From Pyrinomonadaceae bacterium (GTDB lineage: Bacteria > Acidobacteriota > Blastocatellia > Pyrinomonadales > Pyrinomonadaceae), in the NCBI GenBank assembly GCA_039916585.1, contig JBDSLC010000193.1, positions 20,111-84,110 of the forward strand: a stretch of DNA of 64,000 nucleotides. Reading direction: 5' to 3'. Each line of letters begins with the position of its first letter. The first letter of the stretch is position 1. Positions 10,278 to 17,929 of the stretch are shown piece after piece. A model generated the notes under the pieces. The model saw only the letters and a program-made list of their open reading frames with translations. It was not told the origin of the DNA and made no database searches. The translations under genes were made by a program, and so were the position numbers.

Positions 10278-10908
10278 CCTCATCCTTGTCTTATCGCTTT
10301 CTGTTGCAGTGGTTTCCGCGCAGGAGATCATTCCTGAACCCAAGACCCAAGCGCCCGCAGAAGCTATCAGTTACGGATTCGTCATCGACAATTCCGGGTC
10401 GTTTCGCAAGTTGCTGGAGGACGTGATCCAGTTCATCGGCAAGGTTCTCGATGAGCAGAAGCCGGGAGACGAGGCGTTTTTTGTTCGGTTCATTGACGGG
10501 GAAAAGATCAAGCTTGATCAAGAATTGACCTCGGATGCGAGTGAAATACGGGATGCGGCGGACGCGATGTATATCCAGGCCGGGCAGCCGGCAGTGATCG
10601 ACGCAGTTCGCTCGGCGGCCGAGTACCTTGCTGAGAACGGTAAGGTCGAGAACAGGGCGCGACGTTCGATCCTGATCGTGACGGATGGCGATGAGAGGGC
10701 GAGCGAAAGTAAGCCTGAGGTTGCGATCAAGGTGCTGAAGGATGCGGGGATCCGGCTCGTAGCGGTTGCAGTGTCGGATGAAAAGGTTCAGACGAAGGTG
10801 CTTGAACGGCTCACGCGAGAGACGGGCGGGAAGCTGTTTATACTTAAGCAGAAAGGCGAATTGCGATCGATCGCGGGCGAGGTTGCGGCGGCACTTCGTA
10901 ACCCTTAA
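10258..10908 (+). CDS. Secreted von Willebrand factor A (VWA) domain protein with an intact MIDAS motif
   Basis: The ATG at 10258 overlaps the 3' end of the AldDH gene by 20 nt. The signal peptide is [28 protein letters not shown] elements DNSGS and TDGDE are present. Confidence 0.85.
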   Translation: MCLRKFSLILVLSLSVAVVSAQEIIPEPKTQAPAEAISYGFVIDNSGSFRKLLEDVIQFIGKVLDEQKPGDEAFFVRFIDGEKIKLDQELTSDASEIRDAADAMYIQAGQPAVIDAVRSAAEYLAENGKVENRARRSILIVTDGDERASESKPEVAIKVLKDAGIRLVAVAVSDEKVQTKVLERLTRETGGKLFILKQKGELRSIAGEVAAALRNP

Positions 10909-10920
10909 AGTTTATTTACG

Positions 10921-11295
10921 ATGCCGAAGACAGCGGTTAACACAGCAGTTTGTGACATTTGCGGAGCCGAAGTTCGTGATGGTTCCGTATTCTGTTTTAA
11001 CTGCGGCGGATCGCTAACCAATCTCGACGAACCTGAACCGATTCCCCCGCCCGCGGAACCGATCGTAGCGCGTGACGAACCGCCGAGCAACGGAGCGGTA
11101 ACCAAGCATGAGCAGGAACCGCCAAAACGTAAGGCGGATCGCTCGGATCGGCGAAAGGTCAGGGCGTTGAATCGGGAGCCGGCAGAGATCGTGTGGGAAA
11201 CTCGTGACGGCGTTTCCTGGGCGTTCGTGATCGCGTCGGTCATTTTCGTGATCATAGCTTTTGCAATCGTGTTCGCGGCGATCTACGTCCGATAG
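10921..11295 (+). CDS. Zinc-ribbon protein with a C-terminal transmembrane anchor
   Basis: The N-terminus has CDICG...CFNCG (a CxxC-x10-CxxC ribbon). A Pro/Glu/Arg-rich linker is followed by the C-terminal TM segment [24 protein letters not shown]. Confidence 0.7.
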   Translation: MPKTAVNTAVCDICGAEVRDGSVFCFNCGGSLTNLDEPEPIPPPAEPIVARDEPPSNGAVTKHEQEPPKRKADRSDRRKVRALNREPAEIVWETRDGVSWAFVIASVIFVIIAFAIVFAAIYVR

Positions 11296-11311
11296 GGCGA
11301 CTGAGAAATAT

Positions 11312-11629
11312 ATGCAAGCACTTGGAATGGTCGAATGTATGGGCCTTGTGGCGATGATCGAAGCAGCAGATGCGATGGTCAAGTCTGCCAATGTTCAACT
11401 CGTCGGCTATGAAAAGATCGACGCCGGGCTTGTGACCGCTATTGTCCGAGGCGAGGTCGGGGCTGTGAAAGCTGCGGTCGATGCGGGAGCTGCGGCTGCC
11501 CGACGTATCGGAACCGTGACCGCCGTCCATGTCATTCCGCGCCCGCACGACGAGGTCGATGGCGGCATCCCAGTCCTTCGCACCGGCGAAACTACCCGCA
11601 AAAAGATCTCGGGATCCGTACCTGAGTAA
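11312..11629 (+). CDS. Bacterial microcompartment shell protein, BMC-H (second paralog)
   Basis: The ATG at 11312 gives [59 protein letters not shown]...VHVIPRPH. By eye it is roughly two-thirds identical to the first BMC-H. Confidence 0.92.
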   Translation: MQALGMVECMGLVAMIEAADAMVKSANVQLVGYEKIDAGLVTAIVRGEVGAVKAAVDAGAAAARRIGTVTAVHVIPRPHDEVDGGIPVLRTGETTRKKISGSVPE

Positions 11630-11730
11630 GGGTTCCGATCGTTACCAACTTTGAAATTCAACTTTTGCGCCTGTTTCGGTTTGGGGTAGTGGGCGCCATC
11701 CGAGAGTTACGGGGCGGGATTTGTGAAGCA

Positions 11731-11754
11731 GAAATGTGGCACGTGCCACATTTC
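11731..11754. repeat. Perfect 24-bp palindrome
   Basis: GAAATGTGGCAC|GTGCCACATTTC is exactly self-complementary. Confidence 0.9.
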
Positions 11755-11835
11755 GAATGCGGAATGCGGAATTGTGAAGGCGGAATGCCCTATTTTCCGG
11801 CATTCTGCGTTCATCAATCACACTTCATCATCCAG

Positions 11836-11855
11836 AATGTGGCACGCGCCACATT
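11836..11855. repeat. Second copy of the palindrome, with a non-palindromic 4-nt centre
   Basis: AATGTGGC-ACGC-GCCACATT shares the arms of the 11731 copy and lies ~100 bp downstream of it. Confidence 0.85.
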
Positions 11856-12190
11856 TGTTGGAGTGGTGTAGAAAGGCGGGAGTTGTTGCGTGAATCGATG
11901 ATCTGGAACGCGCGTTTTGGGTGTCAGCCGATGCCTTTTGGACGATTTGAAACGCGCTTTTGACCCCTCAGTCGCGCGCTTTGGAGGGTAACTTTTTAAC
12001 GACAGGACGCTCCCGGTCGATCGCATCTCGAAGCTCCGACACCGCCGGGCCACCCCGACGCCGATGGATGCCCCGAAGCTCACTCCAAACCTCACTCCAC
12101 ACTCCTCGACCCCACCAGGATGCACCGCCTACAAATCCAGCCGGGTTCCGGCAGCACCGGCCATGCTCCGGGGCGATGTGGTGTGACCGG

Positions 12191-12220
12191 TTGACGCACT
12201 CCGAGCCTTTCGTCTACGAT
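12191..12220 (+). promoter_or_regulatory. Sigma-70-like promoter candidate for the propeller-amidohydrolase gene
   Basis: TTGACG-N18-TACGAT lies ~45 nt upstream of the 12264 start. Confidence 0.3.
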
Positions 12221-12263
12221 GCTCGCGCTACACGCGACATCCAACTTGTTTAGAGAGGTAGAG

Positions 12264-15200
12264 ATGAAGACTCCGATCGTCCGCTGCGCGAATGTTTTAT
12301 TCATTTTCGCATTTATCTCGGCAGCGCCTGCTCAGGCACCGGCCTATAGAACTATCGAGTTCGAAACGACCCAGGTGACAGCGCCGGATATTGCGCTCAC
12401 TCAAGATAGCAAAAACCTTATTTTCACGATGCTCGGAAAGCTCTTTCGCATGCCGGTCAAGGGCGGCGAAGCGGAGCAGCTAACCTTCGGGCCTTATTTT
12501 GATGACAATCCCGCCGTTTCCCCCGACGGGAAAAGTGTGGTTTTCGATTCTGACCGCGACGGTTCTGCTGGGAATATTTTTCTTCTTGATCTGACATCAC
12601 TTGAGATCAAGCAACTCACACACGAAGACTGGGCTGATCGGCCAATCTGGTCAGCGGACGGGAACGCGATCATTTACCTTCATCTTGATCGTAACGAGTG
12701 GAAGCAGCGAGAAGTTATGGCGAGACCGCCAGCGGAGATCCGCAGAGTAACGCTTGACGGATCAAACACTCAAACATTACAGCCGCAAGGTAATATCGCG
12801 TTTGCGTTTTATCTATCAGATGGAAGGTTGGCCTGGGCGGTCGTCGACGGAGTTAACCCGAATTTAAACGCCGTTAAGACTCGGATCGAGTCACTTCGAT
12901 CCGACGGTTCCGTCGAGGTAATACGCAATTCCGATTTCCTGTACGATCAGGTCCAAACAAACTCAAATAGCAGAGGTATATATACTCGGACTCAAAAAGC
13001 TAATTTTGCGCAGGAGCTGACACTGTTTTCGACATCGGGACCAGATCGCCGCGTGGCTCCATTGTCAGGCGAGCCGTCGTCCTTTGCGTTAACACCTGAT
13101 GGGTTTGCCGGGTATGTTGGAAGCCGCGGCCTTATTTGGAAAGTGATGCTTCCGAACGGCCGCATGGACGAGATCCCCTTCAGAGCAAAAGTTAGACTAG
13201 AGATCCACTCCCGTCCACCGACGCGCACATGGACGACCCCAGATCATGTTGCCCGGAAAACACTCAGGACCGTCTCAGAGCCGCGCTTAAGTCCGGACGG
13301 CACTAAACTGCTATTTATTGCATTGCGGAATCTCTGGGAGCAACCCTTGTCAGAAGGGTCGGCGCGTCGTCTGACGAATACATCGAAATTCTCGGAACCG
13401 TTTACGATATCGCCGGATGGTACAGAGGTCGGTTTTGTAGAGTGGCAGAAGGAAGGTGGCCAGATCCAAGTACTAGAACTCGCTTCAGCCAAACAGCGAA
13501 CAATTGCCGGCCCAAATCGATGCGGTTACGAACAATTGTCATGGAGCGCTAGCGGACAACTAGCCGCGGCTACGGCCTGCGAACACGATCTTTTATCGAT
13601 CGACACTCGCGTCCCGTCGATCAAGGTCCTGCTTAAGAAGTCTAGCGACAGGGAACCGTGGCCGTCGATCTCGCCCGATGGCAAAACGCTGTATTTCCAG
13701 GCTACGCCCCCCGGCGCAAAGGCATCGCACTTTAAGTTGGACATAATGTCGGACGGGAAGCCGGAAGCGGTGAGGGCCGCATCGGAGTACGAAACAACGT
13801 ATGAATCCGCGGGACGTTTCGCTGCCGAATCGATTCCGAACTCTGTAGGCGTGAGAGTTTTCCCGATTTCAAGCGAGAAGATAGAAACGTTCGACTTGAG
13901 AGAGCCCGACGGCGAGCAGTTCTCAATCGCACCTGACGGGAAAAGCCTCATCTACGTCGAAGGAAACAAGGTCTGGCGTCAGCCCTTCGATCGCACGCCC
14001 CGCATTGAGATACCGATACGGATATCCATTTCACCTCCCAGGCTTCCTTCATACCTTATCGACCGAGCTCGCGTACTAGATATTCAGAGTGGCATCTTTT
14101 CTACGGAAAGCAGTTTGCTGATAGTGAACGGGCGGATCAGTTCCGTCGGTGCAAATGCGCGACGGTCAGCGCCAAAAGATGCGGTTAAGGTGAACGCGGA
14201 AGGACGCTTTATCATACCTGGGCTGTGGGAAATGCACGGGCACGCTAATGATTGCGCCGGACCGGGCCAATTGATCTTCGGCGTAACCTCAGTAAGAAAT
14301 ATGGGCGGACGCATTGAGATCGAAAATGAGCAGGCGGACCGCAGTGACCTAACAGATGAGCCACTACCAAGATGCTTCTACTCGGGACGCATACTCGAAG
14401 GCGCCCAGGGCCGTCGTGAGGATTGGTATTTTATCCATCCTGCCAACGAAGAAGAGGCTCGGATGTATGTCCGCCGCGCAAAGGACCAAGGCGCTCATTT
14501 CATTAAGCTGTATGAGCGTCTGCCCTGGCCGCTGCAAAGAGCGGCGGCGGACGAAGCCCACCGGATCGGCCTGCCTGTCTCTGCGCATTCCGGAACGGTC
14601 GAAAGAGTGGTAAAGGGAATAAACGCCGGATACGACGGCCTCACACATCATTTTCCGGCGTCGGAGGACCTGCAGCAAATGGTTAAGTATGCGGGAGTTC
14701 ACTGGGATCCTACTCTGGGAGTTCATGGAAGAGCCATTCTCGCGCGAAACGAACCGAACCGGTTCGATATTATTCGACGATATATTCCTAATTTCTCGCC
14801 GTGGAACACTCAGGCCCTGCCGCAGTTAAGCGACGCCGCATTGCAAGGGTTTTGGCTGGAAAGAACGGAGGCCGTTCGCACTGCATTTCGCCGCGGGATT
14901 ACAGTAGTCCCCGGTACAGATTCGCCAGGGCCGTTGAATGGTATTTCATTGCAATGGGAACTTGAGTATTTCGAACAGGCGCGAGTACCTCGGATCGACA
15001 TCATGCGTTCGGCTACCATTAACTCCGCCAGGGTGATGGGTGCAGATGGTCAACTCGGTTCGATCGAAACCGGAAAACTTGCGGATATTTTGATACTAGA
15101 CGCAAACCCGCTAGAGGCGATCCGAAACACGCAAAAGATCTGGCGAGTTTTTAAGGGAGGCCGGATGTTCGATCCGAAGACTCTATTACTCGCAAACTAG
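12264..15200 (+). CDS. Secreted TolB-like beta-propeller(s) fused to a C-terminal metal-dependent amidohydrolase domain
   Basis: The ATG at 12264 follows GAGAGG and gives the signal peptide MKTPIVRCANVLFIFAFISAAPAQA. PD40-type repeats are present (AVSPDGKSVVFDSDRDGSAGNIFLLDL, SPDGTKLLF, SPDGKTLYF). The amidohydrolase motifs are PGLWEMHGHA, VPGTDS and GKLADILILDANPL. Confidence 0.85.
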   Translation: MKTPIVRCANVLFIFAFISAAPAQAPAYRTIEFETTQVTAPDIALTQDSKNLIFTMLGKLFRMPVKGGEAEQLTFGPYFDDNPAVSPDGKSVVFDSDRDGSAGNIFLLDLTSLEIKQLTHEDWADRPIWSADGNAIIYLHLDRNEWKQREVMARPPAEIRRVTLDGSNTQTLQPQGNIAFAFYLSDGRLAWAVVDGVNPNLNAVKTRIESLRSDGSVEVIRNSDFLYDQVQTNSNSRGIYTRTQKANFAQELTLFSTSGPDRRVAPLSGEPSSFALTPDGFAGYVGSRGLIWKVMLPNGRMDEIPFRAKVRLEIHSRPPTRTWTTPDHVARKTLRTVSEPRLSPDGTKLLFIALRNLWEQPLSEGSARRLTNTSKFSEPFTISPDGTEVGFVEWQKEGGQIQVLELASAKQRTIAGPNRCGYEQLSWSASGQLAAATACEHDLLSIDTRVPSIKVLLKKSSDREPWPSISPDGKTLYFQATPPGAKASHFKLDIMSDGKPEAVRAASEYETTYESAGRFAAESIPNSVGVRVFPISSEKIETFDLREPDGEQFSIAPDGKSLIYVEGNKVWRQPFDRTPRIEIPIRISISPPRLPSYLIDRARVLDIQSGIFSTESSLLIVNGRISSVGANARRSAPKDAVKVNAEGRFIIPGLWEMHGHANDCAGPGQLIFGVTSVRNMGGRIEIENEQADRSDLTDEPLPRCFYSGRILEGAQGRREDWYFIHPANEEEARMYVRRAKDQGAHFIKLYERLPWPLQRAAADEAHRIGLPVSAHSGTVERVVKGINAGYDGLTHHFPASEDLQQMVKYAGVHWDPTLGVHGRAILARNEPNRFDIIRRYIPNFSPWNTQALPQLSDAALQGFWLERTEAVRTAFRRGITVVPGTDSPGPLNGISLQWELEYFEQARVPRIDIMRSATINSARVMGADGQLGSIETGKLADILILDANPLEAIRNTQKIWRVFKGGRMFDPKTLLLAN

Positions 15201-15261
15201 TCTACATTTAATTGGCTGCCGCAAAGAATACGGGGAATCATTCCGCTGAAACCACGTCCGT

Positions 15262-15567
15262 CCCTCCTTCGAAAGGAGGGGAGTTGTCATCTGATCTATC
15301 ATGTTCGTTCCGGATCTTCTTGTTCTGTGGTTCTCCGGCGATTTTAACCACGGAACAGGTGGAATAAGAGGAAGAAGAAGACAAGAAAAGAACCACCCCG
15401 ACAGCCGTAGCGGCTGCCACCCTCCTTCGTAAGGAGGGGAGTGCTCCTTTTCGTTCCGATTCTTCTTGTTCTGTGGTTTTCCGGAGTTTTTTAACCACGG
15501 AACAGGAGGAATAAGAGGAAGAAGAAGACAAGAAAAGAACCACTCCGTCAGCCGAAGCGGCCGCCAC
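15262..15567 (+). repeat. Tandem duplication (~159 + ~147 bp units) of a hairpin-rich element
   Basis: Each unit holds a CCCTCCTT-CGWA-AGGAGGG hairpin. It then has a long stem formed by a pyrimidine-rich arm (CGTTCCGATTCTTCTTGTTCTGTGGTT) and a purine-rich arm (AACCACGGAACAGGAGGAATAAGAGGAAGAAGAAGA), and ends with CAGCCGWAGCGGCYGCCAC. Confidence 0.9.
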
Positions 15568-15634
15568 CTCGCTGCTCGCGTAAGGAGTCGGTCGGGCACG
15601 CGGGACGCGTGAGGTCCAGTCACTGAGGGGTCTG

Positions 15635-16678
15635 TTAGTTTAGCTTTGGGGGGGCGCCTTCTTTTTCGGCTGTGCGGCCGGCTCTGGTGATGGCTATTCG
15701 TTTTGAGGCACCGGGGCCGTCAGGGATGCTGACGCGGATGTTGCGGAAGCTGCCGTCTTTTTTGTCGTTTGACGGGATGAATCCGATCGAATACTGGGTG
15801 CGGAGTTCGCTGGCGATCTCTTTTGCGATGCCGCCCATTTCGGAACCTGAGGCGGGGAAGTAAGACTTGCCGCCGGTCGAGGTCGCAAGGCGTTCGAGGA
15901 ATGCTTTTGCTTTACCCTGCGGGCTTTTGCTGATGAAACCCTTATCTTCGCTCAACGCTTTGACGAAGCCGACGACAAAGATCTGCACGTCGGATTCTTT
16001 TAGCATTTCCAAAAGCTGAGTTTCGCTGTAATAGCTGGAGCGGTCTTCGCCATCGGTGACGAGAACGATCGCACGGCGCGTGCGATCGAGATCCTTCTGC
16101 TTGGTCGCAGATTCGTTCAACCGTTCGACCGCGAGGTAGACGGCGTCGATGATCGCTGTCTGGCCGCCCTCGATATACATATTGTCGAGAGCGTCGTTGA
16201 GGTCGGTCTTGTTCTTTGAGAAATCCTGCAGAACCTCGATCTTGTCGGAGCTGACAAATCTTATGATAGCCGTCTCGTCTTCCGCACGGTTGGTGCCTAC
16301 AAGATATTTTCCGGCTTCGATGATCTGTTCGATCTGCTGTCGAAGCGAGCCGGAATTATCTACAAGGAGGGAATAGTTTGTCGGGACCTCCGACTTCGAG
16401 AAAAACCCGATCTCCTGCAGGACGCCGTCTTCGTATATTTTGAAATCGGACTGGGGAAGATTATTGACCGGACGGTTGTTGCGGTCTACAACGCGAACAG
16501 TGATGTTCACCAACTCGGTATCGATCTTGATCTCTTCATCCTCAAGCCGCGGAGTCGCGCCGGGACGCGGCGTCGGCGAAGGGCTTGGCGTCGCAGTTTG
16601 GGCCGATACCGAGATCACACCCACTAATGCGAAGATCGCGAAAACGAACGAGACGGAAACAAAAGCCTTTAATTTCAT
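15635..16678 (-). CDS. Secreted VWA-domain protein (VWFA-related acidobacterial domain type)
   Basis: A signal peptide, the MIDAS motif DNSGS, the motif TDGEDRSS and the C-terminal signature QYSIGFIPSN..KDGSFRNIRV are shared with the 16694 and 61802 paralogs. Confidence 0.85.
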   Translation of the reverse strand: MKLKAFVSVSFVFAIFALVGVISVSAQTATPSPSPTPRPGATPRLEDEEIKIDTELVNITVRVVDRNNRPVNNLPQSDFKIYEDGVLQEIGFFSKSEVPTNYSLLVDNSGSLRQQIEQIIEAGKYLVGTNRAEDETAIIRFVSSDKIEVLQDFSKNKTDLNDALDNMYIEGGQTAIIDAVYLAVERLNESATKQKDLDRTRRAIVLVTDGEDRSSYYSETQLLEMLKESDVQIFVVGFVKALSEDKGFISKSPQGKAKAFLERLATSTGGKSYFPASGSEMGGIAKEIASELRTQYSIGFIPSNDKKDGSFRNIRVSIPDGPGASKRIAITRAGRTAEKEGAPPKLN

Positions 16679-16693
16679 CTATCTGAGCTTACC

Positions 16694-17686
16694 CTATTGA
16701 AGTTCCGAAAACGGGGTGGCGTAATAACCCTCCCGGCTTCGGACAGTTAGACGCGAAATACCGCGTGGGGGTTTTACCTTAACTTTGACCTTGTGCCATT
16801 TTCCGTCGGGGTTGAAATTGGGCGGTGTGTAGCCGATGGAGTACTGATGGCGGAGTTCGATAGCGATCCGCTCAAATATCTCGTCGAGTTCCGCGTCGCC
16901 GTTGGGATAAAACGAGCGGCCGCCGGTTACGGAGGTCAGTTCATCCAGAAACGCTTGCCCCATCATTCCGGCCTGGCTCGACGAATCGCCTCCGCCGAGG
17001 ATCCCGACCGCGTAGGTTACGATATCGGACTCCTTCATCAGCCGCTTCACCTCGCCGAAATTATATCGCGAGGCGTTATCCTGACCGTCGCTGATTATCA
17101 GAAGAGCTTTTTTCTGGTGCGTGCCGCGCGAAACCCGCTCGAGTCCGAGATATACCGCGTCGTAAAGGGCGGTGTTGTTCTTTGGCTGAACGAGGGTGAG
17201 TTTCTGCAGTACCGCTTCGCCATCGCGGCTGCGGTCCAGCAGGAGTTGAGCTCTTTTATTGAAAGCGATCAGGAAATACTCATCCGATGGGTGGCTGGTG
17301 TTGATGAATTTCGAAAGGGCATTGCGAGCCTTTGCGATCTTTTCGCCGCTCATCGATCCGGATACGTCGAAAAGAATGCCGACCGATGCTGGCGCGTCGC
17401 TGTCGCTAAAGAAAGTGATCTCCTGATCTTTGCCGTCGTCCTGGACCGTGAATGCCTGTTTTGTGAGACCCGAGACATATCTTCCGTATAGATCGGTAAC
17501 CGTGAGTGTGAGCGTAATAAGGTCGGTCTTTACGTCGATCTTCTTGGGGTCGATGTCGGGTGTTTCGGTCGGCTGGGGTGTCTGTGCGATAGCACTGGCG
17601 ACGGCGGCGATGGAAAGTACGCACAAAATTGCCAGCCTTGTCGAGTAGATCCGCAGGCGTCGCAATTCAAAACCCTGTGCTGCCAT
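16694..17686 (-). CDS. Secreted VWA-domain protein (VWFA-related acidobacterial domain type)
   Basis: A signal peptide, the MIDAS motif DVSGS, the motif SDGQDNASR and the C-terminal signature QYSIGYTPPNFNPDGKWHKVKV are present. Confidence 0.85.
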   Translation of the reverse strand: MAAQGFELRRLRIYSTRLAILCVLSIAAVASAIAQTPQPTETPDIDPKKIDVKTDLITLTLTVTDLYGRYVSGLTKQAFTVQDDGKDQEITFFSDSDAPASVGILFDVSGSMSGEKIAKARNALSKFINTSHPSDEYFLIAFNKRAQLLLDRSRDGEAVLQKLTLVQPKNNTALYDAVYLGLERVSRGTHQKKALLIISDGQDNASRYNFGEVKRLMKESDIVTYAVGILGGGDSSSQAGMMGQAFLDELTSVTGGRSFYPNGDAELDEIFERIAIELRHQYSIGYTPPNFNPDGKWHKVKVKVKPPRGISRLTVRSREGYYATPFSELQ

Positions 17687-17929
17687 AATGTTCTCCAGGC
17701 CGAATGACTAAATTCTAGTTAACAGAGACAAGTTCCGCAAGATGAATGTGATGTACGAAACGAAGGTTAAGTTGTTTGGGCTCAAAAATTTCCGTAGCAA
17801 TACCTCACACGCAACTTTTTCCTGTTTCTTACGTGATATACTTCGTGAGAGCCGGCGAAAAGGATTCGCTGTCAATCTGACCTGATCTAATTGGCTGGCC
17901 TCGCTCGACACCTCTCTAGAGAATCTGAA

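Noticed and set aside
11731-11855. TGGCAC within the palindromes as sigma-54 -24 elements.
   Set aside because: The position where TTGC should lie 4 nt after GGCACG reads ACAT in both copies, so no -12 element exists.
11665-12253. Track ORFs 11665-11871, 11814-12125 and 11960-12253 in the long gap after the BMC locus, including a check for a hidden BMC-P/EutN gene.
   Set aside because: The translations are Arg/Pro/Ser/Cys-rich with no BMC, EutN or other motifs. The ORFs overlap each other on both strands and contain the palindromic repeats. No pentamer-like sequence was found anywhere in the window.
15441-15494. A 17-codon hydrophobic mini-ORF (MLLFVPILLVLWFSGVF) after an AAGGAGG box, as a type-I toxin candidate.
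   Set aside because: The SD-to-GTG spacing is only ~3 nt. The ORF is not preserved in the sister unit, which has a different start, frame extension and stop. Conservation is explained by the RNA/DNA stem. It is kept only as a low-probability note inside the repeat finding.
15262-15567. Possible CRISPR array, given the repeated units in an intergenic region.
   Set aside because: There are only two contiguous ~150-bp units with no unique spacers between short repeats, and no cas genes are present in the window.
15186-15623. Track ORFs of 145 aa and 109 aa (15238-15567) on the minus strand with internally repeated peptides (WFFSCLLLPLIPPVPWLK twice).
   Set aside because: The peptide repetition simply mirrors the ~150-bp tandem DNA repeat. 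The composition is odd, there is no start context and the ORFs lie between two convergent genes. They were treated as non-coding repeat sequence.
17889-17905. TTGGCTGGCCTCGCTCG upstream of pilC as a sigma-54 promoter.
   Set aside because: The GG-to-GC spacing is 10 rather than 12 and the -12 region does not match TTGC.
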